NCBI RefSeq assembly: GCF_001194135.2
Contig: NC_068998.1
Location: 40,032,625 to 40,096,624, forward strand
From: Octopus bimaculoides
Lineage: Eukaryota
DNA: 64,000 nucleotides
Reading direction: 5' to 3'
The notes beneath the pieces were generated by a model that had not been told where the DNA came from, made no database searches, and worked only from the letters and a program-made list of their open reading frames with translations. The translations under genes and the position numbers were made by a program. Shown here piece by piece: positions 41,258-53,739 of the stretch; positions within the stretch are counted from its first letter, which is position 1; every line of letters begins with the position of its first letter.

Positions 41258-41299
41258 AACTGTCCGACGAATGAGAATGTGAAACTCTGAGTAGCAGTT
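41258..41299 (+). ncRNA. Type I hammerhead motif with variant core (CCGACGA)
   Basis: AACUGU CCGACGA AUG-AGAA-UGU GAAAC UCUGA GUA^ GCAGUU: 6-bp helix I, weak 3-bp helix II, helix III ACU/AGU, GUA triplet. The only core deviation is U4->C. Confidence 0.6.
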
Positions 41300-41506
41300 T
41301 CTTTGTAATATTTTTGTAATGTTTTTGCAGCTTTAATGATAAAGAATATATGTATGTATATATATATATACATATATATATACATACACACACACACACA
41401 TATATANNNNNNNNNNNNNNNNNNNNNNNNNNNNNNNNNNNNNNNNNNNNNNNNNNNNNNNNNNNNNNNNNNNNNNNNNNNNNNNNNNNNNNNNNNNNNN
41501 NNNNNN

Positions 41507-41537
<31 letters not shown>

Positions 41538-42415
41538 CATACATATATTTATATATTGATATTTACACACACACACTCTTATACAAACAAAATATTCATA
41601 AATATAAACTCACTTTTCTATGTACAGATTGATACAAGCATGCTCATCTACAACATACATGAAACTCACATTCACAAATACGTGCACAGTGAAACATGTA
41701 TATACATCTAGACTTAGCCTTACTCGTACATGCACCTGCATCTATAATTCACTCACCTGTGGACACATAGGCATAAGCATACATCCTTTTACACAGACAT
41801 GCCATGTCATACATCTCTTCCCCAATACCCATGCCTCCACGTCATCTCAATAGCATTTCTCCTAATGAAACACAGAGAACATTGCATTAACTTCATGGCG
41901 GATTAAAGATTTTATTTGTTCTAATTTTGGTGTTCCATCTTTCTGTTTATAGTTCAGAACTTTCTATAATCCACAAACAAAAATATTAATTTCGATTCCA
42001 TTTGATCCACTGTTGTTTTACAATTGATTGGAAGATTGGGTAATTTTTCAAGAGTTTTCAACTGAATAGTTTATTTAATTGAATTCATGTGGGTGTAATG
42101 AGTGTGTATAATGTATAGTGAATGGGTGTCTGATTTTGTGTTCAGGGTATGTATGGGATGTATGGTGGTAGGAAAGGGAATTCATTTAGCAGAGAAATAT
42201 TTTTGTAAGTTTTTCTTAGCAATATTTTGGTATTTCTTTCTCTTAAAAGGAAGTTGCAATCAATGTAATCAAAAAGTTTTTCACCCTTTCCTTCATAACC
42301 ACAGGCCAAAAAGTAAGCTTCTGTGCTGTTGTTAAATCTGCTAGAAAATACAGCCAAATCTCCCTCAAATCACTCCCTATTTTTTTTTAAATAAGGTAAA
42401 AACACATTGGACAAT

Positions 42416-42705
42416 ACATTATTTACATTTGACGGATATTTGTCCTCATTTTGTTTGTTGTTAACACAACGTTTTGGCTGATATACCCTCCAGCCTTCAT
42501 CAGGTGTCTTGGAGAAATTTTGAACTTGGGTTCTCATTCCTAAGGTATTTTTCAATGTTATTATTATTGTTCAGGTCGCTGCTTGGAATCGAACTCGGAA
42601 TCTTGGTGTTAGTAGCCTGTACTCTTAACCACTACACCATATGCCCACAGTATATGGCGTAGTATAAATAATGTACATAATTCCTCATCTCTTAAATATA
42701 GAACT
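42416..42705 (-). mobile_element. 290-bp tRNA-headed retroposon carrying a minimal hammerhead, inserted in an older repeat
   Basis: 12-bp TSD ACATTGGACAAT (42404-42415 and 42706-42717). Minus strand has an A-box TGGTGTAGTGG (42629-42639) and B-box GAGTTCGATTCC (42585-42596), followed downstream by the hammerhead motif at 42463-42508. Confidence 0.8.
42463..42508 (-). ncRNA. Minimal (helix-III-less) type I hammerhead motif with G12->A substitution, probably inactive copy
   Basis: GACAC CUGAUGA A GGCUG-gaggguauau-CAGCC AAAAC GUU^ GUGUU: 5-bp helix I, 5-bp helix II, one extra A after A9, palindromic AACGUU in place of helix III. GAAAC reads AAAAC (plus-strand T at 42475, a CpG-type change). Confidence 0.65.
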
Positions 42706-43410
42706 ACATTGGACAATGTTACTTTGGATAAGCAAAAAGACAAGTGGATTATGGCTGGAATGCTGAAGTTTCAACAACAACAAGCCATAAGTTATTTCTG
42801 TGCTAAGTAAGAACATAATCATTTCTCAATTGCAAGGTTTGCCATGTATGCAGTTCTAGTCACAAAGTGACCATGAAATAAACCTGCCTGTTTGACATAA
42901 TGCTAGTTTGTTTCACACACTTATGTATATACAAATTTTTGTATATGCACACTACTCAGACATGCATAAACTTATATTAATACATACATATAATTAATTA
43001 TTCCTCTGGTTACACAAACATGTTATTCACAAATAAACAAGCTCAATAATTTAAAATCATTCAAGTCAGCAGATCACTTGCTGATTCTCCAGTGCTTACA
43101 GTGGTGAAATATGCCATATCTGAATCAACAAGAAAGGTCTCTATCACTTACAAATTTCACCTTTACAGTCTTAAAAAAAGATGGCTACATTGAATTATGT
43201 TGTCCTTTGTACAGTGTGAATGAAAAATGTTGAGACAATCATATCAGAAATGTCTTTGATTTTATGTTTGCTCAGTTAGGGTTGACCTAAGGTTAAACAG
43301 CAACACGTTCTTGAATCTATGTGTCCACGAAAATTGAAGCTAAGCATTTTCACCTGGTACAATGTATTATCATAGGCAAAAATACAAACTCTTGATGTCT
43401 TGGTTGATTA

Positions 43411-43810
43411 GGTACAGGCATGACTGTGTGGTAAGAAGTTTGCTTCCCAACTACCTGGTTCCAGGTTCAGTCCCACTGCATGGCACCTTGAGCAAGAGTT
43501 TCTACAATAACCTTAGACTAACCAAAGCCTTGTGAGTGGATTTGGTAGGTGGAAACTGAAAGAAGCTCATTATATGTATGTATGCATGTATATCTTTATA
43601 TGTGTATGTGGGTGTGTCTTTCTGTCTGTTTTTGCCAAAACCCACCCACTACTGCTTAACAACCAGCAAAAGAGACTGATAGAATAAGTATCAAGTTTTA
43701 AAAAAATAAGTACTTATGTTGATTCATTCAACTAAAATCCTTCAAGGTGGTGCCTGAATCCCTGGCTGCAGTCTAATGACTGAAACAAGTAAATGATAAA
43801 TGATAAAAGC
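43411..43810 (+). mobile_element. Family-A SINE, full length
   Basis: Collinear with the 2020-2430 copy. Confidence 0.8.
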
Positions 43811-44263
43811 TGTTTGCCTATATAATCAAATATAACCATATTCTATGGATAAACATATGAACATTAAAGCAACCCATAATATCTGCCCTCCATTTCTGTA
43901 GACATACTGACATCTTATATATACCCACATTCTTTGCACTTTCACTAGCATTTCATAATATTTGCCCACAGTTTCACAAATATCTTAACATCCTTTAATA
44001 TTTATCCACAATACTTAATCTGCCTCCATGTCATATTCGCTAGCAGTCTCTACATCATCCCACTTTATTGCCCATTTACGTTATGCATACACCAGCATGC
44101 TTTATTTGCCTGTAATACATTGATATCTCATTAATATTGCCTACTTTCTCTCCAGTTGCAACAGCATTGTATTTTTACTTGTAATATCTAAACAAGTAAA
44201 GGTTAGTGACAGGAAGGGCATTCAGTTGTAAAACAAAGCCTCAATAATATCTTCATTTAACTC

Positions 44264-44478
44264 TAAGGCAGTGAGCTGGCAGAATCGTTAGCACACTGGG
44301 AAAAATGCTTAGTGGCATTTTGTCTATGCTTATGTTCTGAGTTCAAATTCTGCTGAAGTCAACTTTGCCTGTCATCCTCTCAGGGTTGATAAAATGAGTA
44401 CCAGTTGAACACTGAGGTCATTTTAATCAACTAAATCCCTCCCCTGAAACTGCTGGCCTTGTGTCAAAATCTGAAACC
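44264..44478 (+). mobile_element. Family-B SINE with long TSD
   Basis: AAGGCAGTGAGCTGGCAGAATCGTTAGC head and GAGTTCAAATTC B-box. 18-bp TSD AATATCTTC(A/T)T(T/C)TAACTC (44246-44263 and 44479-44496, 2 mismatches). Confidence 0.85.
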
Positions 44479-45511
44479 AATATCTTCTTCTAACTCATGC
44501 AAACATGGGAAAATTGATATAAAAATGAATGAATGGACAAACCAAATGTTATTATGTCACCTCTTAATGAATATTTAATGAACATTTTATATTTATATGT
44601 GATATAAAATGCATTTATATTTGCCCACATTGTCTCTTACATACTCACTAAAATATCATATTTACTTTTACCCCTCAATGCCCTATATGCCTATATCTTC
44701 ATATTTGCACACACACACACACAGACATGACAACTACACGAACACGACTTTCATCCCAGCATTCATAATATTTGCCTATTAACCATAATGTATACATATA
44801 ATGAATGACCATTGTTTTAACTGACTTACCTAAAGGAACAGTTGAATAAAAAAACAAACCCATTCATTGCTAATCACTGATTGTTTAGTTAGATCTTTTT
44901 TCCGTTTCTTTTCTGTTTTTTTTTCTTCTTATAAAACATTTGTTTTTGTCTTCTGCCATTTCCAATAAACTGAAAACTGGATTTGTGTTTTATTTTCTTC
45001 CATTAGAAGCGATTTATCTTTTTTTTATATGTATATATTTTATATTATTTTGTTTTTGCTCTACTTCAGTTTCTGAAATCTTTTGGAAATTAATGGAAAT
45101 TCTTTTAATGTTTTTCAACTTAATCAAATTTACTATTGTTCTTAAATACAAGCATATACACATGCAATCATGTGTGTGTGTGTGTGTGCATGTGTGTGTG
45201 AGTGTGCATGTGGATGTATTGATACACTTTTATATGTATATGGGTGTGTATATGCAGCAGCATGTGTGGGTGGTTGTAGGTGTGTATAATATAAATATAT
45301 ATATATATATATATATGATAGCATGGGAAAATGAACATGAAACAATGATTATAATATACTCTTTAAATGCATGTAACGCATACGCAAGCATGCATGTGCA
45401 TACATATACACACATCTGTCCATATGGACCCTTGTATTCAAATATTAAGATATGTATATATGCATGCAATATTGAATTTCAGTGAAACACACACCTGCAT
45501 GCATTTAAGTG

Positions 45512-45573
<62 letters not shown>

Positions 45574-46523
45574 CAGTTGTATCCCACCTACATGTAACAT
45601 TACACTTTTCACCCTCTCTACTCCAAGAAATCGAACTGCAACTCCTCTTCTAAATGCATCTTTCTCTTACTCACATCTCCTCTTCATAAATAATGATTGT
45701 TTTCCAATCCCTGTTCTTGCACTCACTGCTGTGCTCACTGTATTGCTGTTCCCTACACCCCCAACATCGACATCCACACCCTAATTTTCCAACCAGGTTC
45801 TATGCTCATATTTTTGTTACTTATGATTATACCCTAGCACTAGATCATCTCTCTTCTGTTCTCTCTTCAACTTTTGCTATTTCCTACTCTCTCCCCCTCT
45901 CTCTCTCTCTCTCTTTCCCTTTGGTCACTCTCTCTTTCTCCTTCTCTTGTTTTACCTCTGACTAGATAACCAAGCATCACCTTTACATCAGCACACTTGT
46001 TTCTAGCCGCTTTCTTGTACCACTCTCTCAATCTCTATCTCTTTTCTCTCTCTCTCACTGGGTAACCATGTACCTCCTCAGTAGCAAGACACCTATTTCT
46101 GCCTCTCTATTTCTGAGTTACCCTCTAACCCTTCATCATTTGATACTGGATGGCCTTCTCTAATGCCCCCGCTGTTGTGGCAAGACACCTGCTACTGTCT
46201 CTGTCTCTTTGTCACACTAACATTTCATCCTCGGACACAAGTTTATCTCTTCAAATACCCTGCCCCTCTCATACTTCCTTGTCTTGTGAGTTAATTGGTT
46301 TCCCTGCCATTGCTAGTGACACATTAAAAGCACTGTAAAGTGGTTGGTGTTTGGAAGGGCATTCCGTTTTAATAATCATGCCAAAACTAACCTTACCTGA
46401 GTTAGTGCCACGTGATAAGCACTCAGTCAACTCCACAACGTGGTTGGTGTTAGAAAGGGCATCCAGCGGTAAAATTCCTGCCAAGACAGACACAGTAGCC
46501 TAGAGTAGTTTTTTTCTTTCCAG

Positions 46524-46555
46524 TAGGTTGGTGCATAATTATTGCGGCTTTTTTG
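46524..46555 (+). mobile_element. Solo mariner terminal inverted repeat remnant (Hsmar1/MADE1-like)
   Basis: TAGGTTGGTGCATAATTATTGCGGCTTTTTTG resembles the cecropia-subfamily mariner TIR (TTAGGTTGGTGCAAAAGTAATTGCGG). No partner TIR was seen. Confidence 0.55.
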
Positions 46556-46586
46556 CAATAAATTTTATTCAACAAAATCAATAACT

Positions 46587-47225
46587 TATATATATATATA
46601 TAAATTCAGAAGAGTGGTACAACAAGGCACCAATATTTACTGGAAAATAGCAATCGATACAATTATGACGCTATTGTATAGCTTCACTGCGTATATACTG
46701 GTAAAAATGTGTGTATGCAACAAACATGAAAAATTTGTCTTACCTCTAGGAAGAACATTCGATAAATGGACAACCCAGAATAGGATAATGCAGGACTGGT
46801 TTCAGACTCTTCAAATACGTTTCACAACGTAAACTTGATCAGTCTTCATCAGCTGCATTTACCTAGACAATATTTCAAATGTTGCCACATCAATGCCAAG
46901 TATACTCGCCTGAACGCTTAGCCGTTAACAGAACTGAGAACAGTGAAGAAGTTATCAATGAAAAATATTTCAATACAAATGTATTAATTTCCAGCAAAAT
47001 AAAGCCCTATAAGGGTATATATATATATATAAATTCAGAAGAGTGGTACAACAAGGCACCAATATTTACTGGAAAATAGCAATCAATACAATTACGACAC
47101 TATCGTATAGCTTCACTGTGTATATACTGGTAAATATGTGTGTGTGCAACAAACATGAAAAACTTGTCTTACCTCTAGGAAGAACATTCGATAAATGGAC
47201 AACCCAGAATAGGATAATGCAGGAC
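46587..47225 (-). mobile_element. Retrozyme-like ~1.5-mer tandem repeat (429-bp period) carrying the hammerhead
   Basis: 46602-46796 and 47031-47225 are direct repeats (195 bp, 8 substitutions counted, mostly transitions), each preceded by (TA)n. The offset is 429 at both ends. On the minus strand the upstream copy starts at the GTC cleavage triplet (47223-47225). Confidence 0.7.
46781..46865 (-). ncRNA. Type I hammerhead ribozyme with intact catalytic core
   Basis: Minus strand reads UAGG-UA-AAUGCAG CUGAUGA AGACU-[32-nt hairpin capped by GUGA]-AGUCU GAAAC CA GUC^ CUGCAUU-AU-CCUA. Helix I is 7 bp + 2x2 loop + 4 bp. Helix II is 5 bp, extended by UCAAG/UUUGA and UACGUU/AACGUA. Helix III is minimal and quasi-palindromic (ACCAGU). 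Predicted cleavage is between 46794 and 46793. Confidence 0.85.
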
Positions 47226-47641
47226 CTTTATTTCCTTTATACAACTACTTGCATGGATTAATAACTATTTTATTTATATGATATGTGATGCTCAAATCTA
47301 TTTAGCACATTAAAAAAGGTCATTACCTAACCAAATTAAGATGTTTATGAGCCAGGCATTATTTCTGCTTATTTCTGATGTGAATGTATTAGCAAAATCC
47401 TTTTTATTAGCAACTTCATCAGGAGCCAGCTGCAGATTGGCAGTCATACTAAGAATAGATGTAAATATATACAAATCAGTGGGGGAACCTGAGGATTATA
47501 AGGAAGACCAAAAACCTCTTATTCAGTCGCAAACAACCTGTCTTGTAAATATTTAACCTTTATATTCTTATGTATTACAGCTATTGACTGTAATTAAATT
47601 TAAACTTATGTATTACTCACTGCCAACTTCATAGTTCTTAA

Positions 47642-47825
47642 CCCAATCGCATTGAGATTGTTAAATGTAATGTTTATTTATATACACTGTTTTGAATTAA
47701 TCACTGCTTATCTCATAGCTTCAAAATTTCAATGATATAATTGGTTATTTTTAGAATGACATTGTGGGATACGTGTGAGAGGCCAGATTTGACTAGTTTG
47801 AACAAAAGCAGGTAGAATATGTGGG
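47642..47825. mobile_element. piggyBac-type MITE, internally deleted
   Basis: TTAA-CCC ... GGG-TTAA termini. Confidence 0.55.
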
Positions 47826-48101
47826 TTAATATATCATAAGGGATCAAGCAGTATCAGCCCCCTTGGGAACCACTGCTGTAAGACAAACATTTCTGTCATA
47901 TTTACAGGCTACTGGTTTGTTAGGTGTCCAGCTGATTAATATAGATTCCAGTGCTTAATACTAGATCCAATTAATATGGATTCCAGTGGTTATTACTAGG
48001 TCCGAGACACAAAGAGATGAGTGTGTCAGATGGGTGTAAGTGGTGGTAGAATGCAACTAGTTTGTTCAGTAGAGGTTGCTTCTAGTAGTAGTAGAATAGA
48101 T

Positions 48102-48376
48102 CAGTGATTCTTAATCTTTTTGATTTTGTAGCACACTGGAGATTAAATGAAAAGAAAAAATTTACTGGCATACTTCAAATATAAAGTTATTAAAAAAACT
48201 GTTTTAAGTTAAAAATTTTTTTAAATCTGTGGAAAATTATTGCTTGTGTTGTTTATTAATTATCCTTGTGTATAACAAAATATGTTTTTCAAGACACTCA
48301 AGTATTATTATGGATTTTCTAAAGCCTAAAGTTATACATTTTTCAAAATCTGCAGTACATTATTTGAAAATTACTG
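48102..48376. mobile_element. Old hAT-like MITE
   Basis: Degenerate TIRs CAGTGATTCTTAA / TTTGAAAATTACTG. The TSD matches at only 5 of 8 positions. Confidence 0.45.
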
Positions 48377-49313
48377 AAATGGACAGTGAATAGATAGCAC
48401 ATCTGTAATTGTATTGTGTCATGATACAATTTGCTGTTCTCTTTTTGTAATCAATAACAAATATTGTATTTATAGCAACGAGAAACAATATTGTATTTAT
48501 TTCTTCATATCTTCCCCCCCCCTCCTTGTTAAGGGAAAAAAAGGCCTCTTTATTCTTTCTAAAATGAATAAATAAATGTCACACATGCCAAACCCTATAA
48601 ATTACAAACAATTTAAGACAACAAAATCTCCTTGACCTTGCTAGAAATAAGATAAATCACTCTCAAATTATTCCCTGTTGTTTGAATAAATGGAAGGGCA
48701 ATTTGGATAATGTATTTCTGGTTACATTTTGTATAGTAAAAAAAAAAAAGCAGGATGGTCAGTCAGTCACAGCTGGAATGCCTCTGGCTATATAGATCTG
48801 CTTGATCAAGACTTACCTGGATCAAAACAACAGTTACAGATCACAATGATTCAACTACTCTTACAATTACTCTACATAAACACATGTGATTATAAATAGA
48901 AATAATAATAACAATTCATTACATAGCCCAGCAGGCTAGAAATTTGTAATAGAAGGGACTCAGTTAATTGAAATGACCTTAGTACATGTGCAGTACTTTA
49001 CTTCAGCAAAACTGGATAGTTGAAAGGCAAAAATCAATCTCAGCTGTATGTATTTTTAAATTCTGAGCTTAGAAACATGAAGCTAAATACTGTAAGGCTT
49101 TTAGTCTGGTACTATATTGTCTCTGCCTATGCCAAATGATAATGATAATAATAATGGTTTCTTTATTAACCACAAGGGTAATAACAATAATAATAATGAT
49201 AATTCTTTTATTTACTGTCAGGGCACCAATTGAATATGTAACAAAAGTGAAAACAAAGTGACACAAAGGACATGTATTTCATTCTTTTGTAAGAATAGTG
49301 ATTTCTTTCATTG

Positions 49314-49375
<62 letters not shown>

Positions 49376-50011
49376 GTAATCACAACAATAATGATAATGA
49401 AGATGATAATGAAGAAGAAGCATGTCAAATTTTCTCTGGAATAACATTTTTGTTCTACATTAAAAAAAAACAAAAAAACACATATATATAAACCAAAGGG
49501 GAAGATTCACTGATATTTCTCATTAAATTTCTTTTATTTCTTTCCTCTTCGTATTCCAGCATCCAAACCTTCTGGCAAATTTCAAAGAATTGAATTGTTT
49601 TTTTTTTTTTCTCTCTTTCTCACTTTCTTTTCTTTTCTTTCTTTTTCCTATTTTGCTGTTATTTTCTCTTTAGCAACTTCTGTTTTCAACATAATTATTT
49701 AATCATGAAAAACATTAAAATTAAAAAAAAAAAAATGGCATCGACATATAAGGGTTTTTTTTTAAATTTGAATTTTGTAGTTTGTTTCTTTGTTTTTTTT
49801 TAAAGTATTTATTTATTTATGTAATTTAAAAAAAAAAAACTAACCAAAAGGAGGAAAACATTACAAACTAAGAAATTTTTTTATTTTTTGCAAAAATTTC
49901 TTTAAAGATGGAAAAAAAAATTTGTTTGAAATATTTATTATTCATAGAAGACATTTGTTTTTGGTTTATTTTGCTGGTTGCAGGAGATAAAAGGATTAAA
50001 TAATAATAATG

Positions 50012-50063
<52 letters not shown>

Positions 50064-50296
50064 TAATATATTTATAAGGCTGTTGAGGATGATTTCTTGC
50101 ACAAAATGATTTCTTTAAACAAAATAATGATCAATGGCAATAATAATGATTTCTTGCAGTGACACGAGACTACAATTGTATAGTAGAAGGGCAAGAGTTG
50201 ATTGAATCAACCCAGTGTATTACTGGTACTTATAAGTCTGATAAGATTTCTACTTGGAACATGTGTAGACATAACTAAATTCTGCAACAGCATATT

Positions 50297-50650
50297 TTGT
50301 GTGGTCAGAAGTTTGCTTCCTAACTTCATAGTTCCAAGTTCAGTCCATTGCATGGCACCCAGGCAAAATATCTTCTACTATAGTTCTGAGTCAACCAAAA
50401 CCTTGTGAATGGATTTGGTTGACTGAAACTGAAAGAAGCCCTTTACACATGTATGTTTATATCTGTGTTTGCATCTTTGTGTTTGTTCCTCATCACCGTT
50501 TGATAACTGGGATTGGTTTGCTTACGTTCCTGTAAATTAGCAGTACCACACTTAAAAATAGATAAGTACTTGGGCCAACTCATTTGACTAAAACCGTTCA
50601 AGCCAGTGGTCCCAGCATGGCTGCAGTCCAACCACTACAAGCAAGTAAAC
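50297..50650 (+). mobile_element. Family-A SINE
   Basis: Collinear with the 2020-2430 copy. Confidence 0.75.
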
Positions 50651-52843
50651 TATGAAAAACAACTGTTCTTTGTAATAAGGCTTTCTAACAATTCCTCAAA
50701 ATTGCATTTGTGAATTTAAATGACAACAGTATATTACTGGTATATATTTCATCAAACCAGACAAGATGAATGTATCTGAGTATGCACATGGAACATGGTA
50801 AAATTTATAAAAGCTAAGAAAGCATCTGTCGTAAGACTTTTCATTTGCATCTACCACACTCTCTTGCCATATACACCAGTCAGAGAAAAACTGCCTGCTC
50901 TTTGTAGCCAAAGAAAGGCAGTTGGGTAATCATAGTGTTTAGCACAGCTGGTAACCATTTCACAAAACAACACAAGTCAACAATGCTTGGAACAAATGCA
51001 TGCCGAGTAGTTTCATCACTTTGTGTGTATCCCAAATAAACATGGTTTGCACAGCACTGCTGTTCTTTTAGAGTTTATTATCTCTAACCAACAAAGCCCA
51101 CTACCCAGGTCAGTAGCATTATATACATATATATATACTTATATATATTGTATTTAAACTAGCAATAACTGGTAATACTCCAGATGATTTTAGATGAGTA
51201 TTGCTTTAAATTAATTTAATTCAAATTAATGTTTATCAATTATGTATCTCAACTACATAATTATGGAATTAATTATGCTCAGTCTAAATGAAACAGCTGT
51301 TGAAAGTAATTAAATCATGTTATATCTGTGGAATTTATGCTTCTCTCTCTCTATATATGTGTGTCTGTGTCTGTGTGTGTGTGTTTGTATATGCACATGC
51401 ACATACACATACAGAGTTGGCCAAAAGTCACCTGACAGTAAATCAAAATTCTGTATTGACTCAAATGGAAAAATGTGTCACTCAAGAAGGACTTCAGTTT
51501 GAACTATTTTCATGATGTTTCATATTTAGATGCTTTTATTAAATTCAGTCAGTTGGTAAACATAAATAAATCTTTGAATGAAATGGCTTTGGTTTATTGT
51601 CTTGTGACTTTTAGCCAACACTGTATATATATATATATATATATATATATNNNNNNNNNNNNNNNNNNNNNNNNNNNNNNNNNNNNNNNNNNNNNNNNNN
51701 NNNNNNNNNNNNNNNNNNNNNNNNNNNNNNNNGATAGATAGATAGATAGAGAAAGAAAAGGTAAACAAGAACAATTTTTAACTCAAGGCATCAATTGTAT
51801 TTGAACTGAATGAGTCTTTAGGCATCAAGTTCATATGAGTTGGAACCATTGCAACAGTGGTAATAGAGAAATTTGAAAAAGAACATTAGCAGGTCAAAGC
51901 TTATTGTTTTGCTCCAAGTACTGATTGAGGGAACCTCTGATCAAAGATATTGCACTTATGAGCAACCTGTGCTCTACTCAGACTTAATATCTTTCAGTTT
52001 TTGTCATCCATATGTACATTGCTATTTGTAGCTGCTTAAGTGGCCATACAGAAGCTCTCTCTCTCTCTCTCTCTCTCTGTCATTGGCTCAGTAGATCAAA
52101 GGTTGTAACAGTAGCTGAGTGAAAGCTGCATACCAGATAGATAGATATTTTTGCATTTAGCCGTGGTCTGAATATATTTAAATATTTGTTTTGAGGATAT
52201 CATTCCAGATATATGTATAGCATTTAAAGCACTGAATTTTTAATTAGATTTTAATGTAGTTGAACTCTTTGATTCTCAGAAGCCACCCAACAGATTTCAA
52301 TCAGTTATCATATTAAACTTCAGCTTACACGTCTTAGTGTTTGAGTGTATGATTGCCAGAGTGTTTATGTATATATGTGTAAGTGTGTTTATGTATGAGT
52401 GTCTGTAAGTGGACATGAACTTTCTTCATTCTGATGCTTATTATTCTGTTTGTAATTTACGTCCCACCTGGCTGTTGCCACTATATTATTCTTGTAATAA
52501 GATCTGTGGAATTCCATGTTTTCTTGGGATTATTTTCTAAAGTGGCAATGGCAGAAGTGGGAGAAGATGTGATAGATAGGTCATATCTGTTACTATTGGA
52601 AATGTTAAGAAAACACATTTCTGGTGTTGCTGCTGCTACAGTGGTGGAAGTGGTGATGGTGGTGGTGGGTTTTCCTTCCTGTGTGGACTTTGTCTACTGG
52701 AAGCTTTGAGCTTTGAGCAAGAAACACGATTACCTGAAATTTTTATCTTCAATTGAACAAATATAACACTGTGTGCACATCAGTGAACTCTATCTGTCTG
52801 TTTATCTATCCATCTCTTTCTCCCTCCTCTACCCTCTCTCTCT

Positions 52844-52892
<49 letters not shown>

Positions 52893-53739
52893 GAGAGAGA
52901 GAGAGAGAGACCTCCCCCACACACACACACATACACTAGCCTAATACCCACCATATGGGCAGAAAAGTTAAATATTAACTTAAATTTCTTTTTCATGTCT
53001 TAATAGAATATTCAAATGATTTCAGCTGCATGAACAGTCTACAACAGTCCCATGATTAAAATGGCTTGAAACATTTTAAGTGTCACTGACTTTTGTATGA
53101 ACATTGTAGTATATAAGAACAAAACTATTCAAAAACAAATACTTATTATGCAGTATTCATAATGTTAGGTTGGTGTAGTAGATAGTACAACTACACTGTT
53201 TACAGCAGATGCAGTGTGCGAATACTGCAGGTGATGTTACGACTTTTAGGCATGAGCATGACTTTGTGGTTAAGAAGTTCACTTCTCAACCACATGGTGG
53301 GAGGTCTAGGTTAAGGTTCACTGTATGGCACCTTTGGAAGTGTCTTCTATTTTATAGCCTGAGGTTGACCACAGCCTTATGAGGGGATTTGGTTGATAGA
53401 AATTGAAAAGAGTCCATCATATATGCATATAAATGCACATCTGTGTGTATGTGTGTTGCATGCACATTTGTGTGTTTGTGTTTAACATTTACACTTCTGA
53501 AATCACCAAGATACAAGCTGTGACATTGTTGTCATTTCTCCTGTTAAGAAATTGTCTACTGGTTTTGCAACTTTGGAAATGTATGCAATAAGAGCTCCCT
53601 TACTTGAAAACAGGTTGGGGATTGACAACAGGAAGGCCATCCAACTGTAAAATAACAGCTCAATAATACAATCATCTAACCCATACTAGTATGGAAAAGA
53701 AAAAAAGCATAAAAGCAAAAAGAGTAAAAAAGAAAAAAG

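Larger units (their letters stand above)
40654..41330. repeat. ~680-bp imperfect palindrome (two inverted ~300-bp arms, ~90-bp AT spacer)
   Basis: The left arm from CTGCAAAAACAT (40654) to CATGCCTGGAGTAAATT (~40953) matches the reverse complement of 41043-41330 along its length, roughly 80% by eye. Centre is near 40995. Confidence 0.85.

Noticed and set aside
42582-42646. tRNA gene (also SINE heads at 26820-26880 and families A/B)
   Set aside because: A/B boxes are present but there is no complete cloverleaf or acceptor stem, and they sit in TSD-flanked retroposons.
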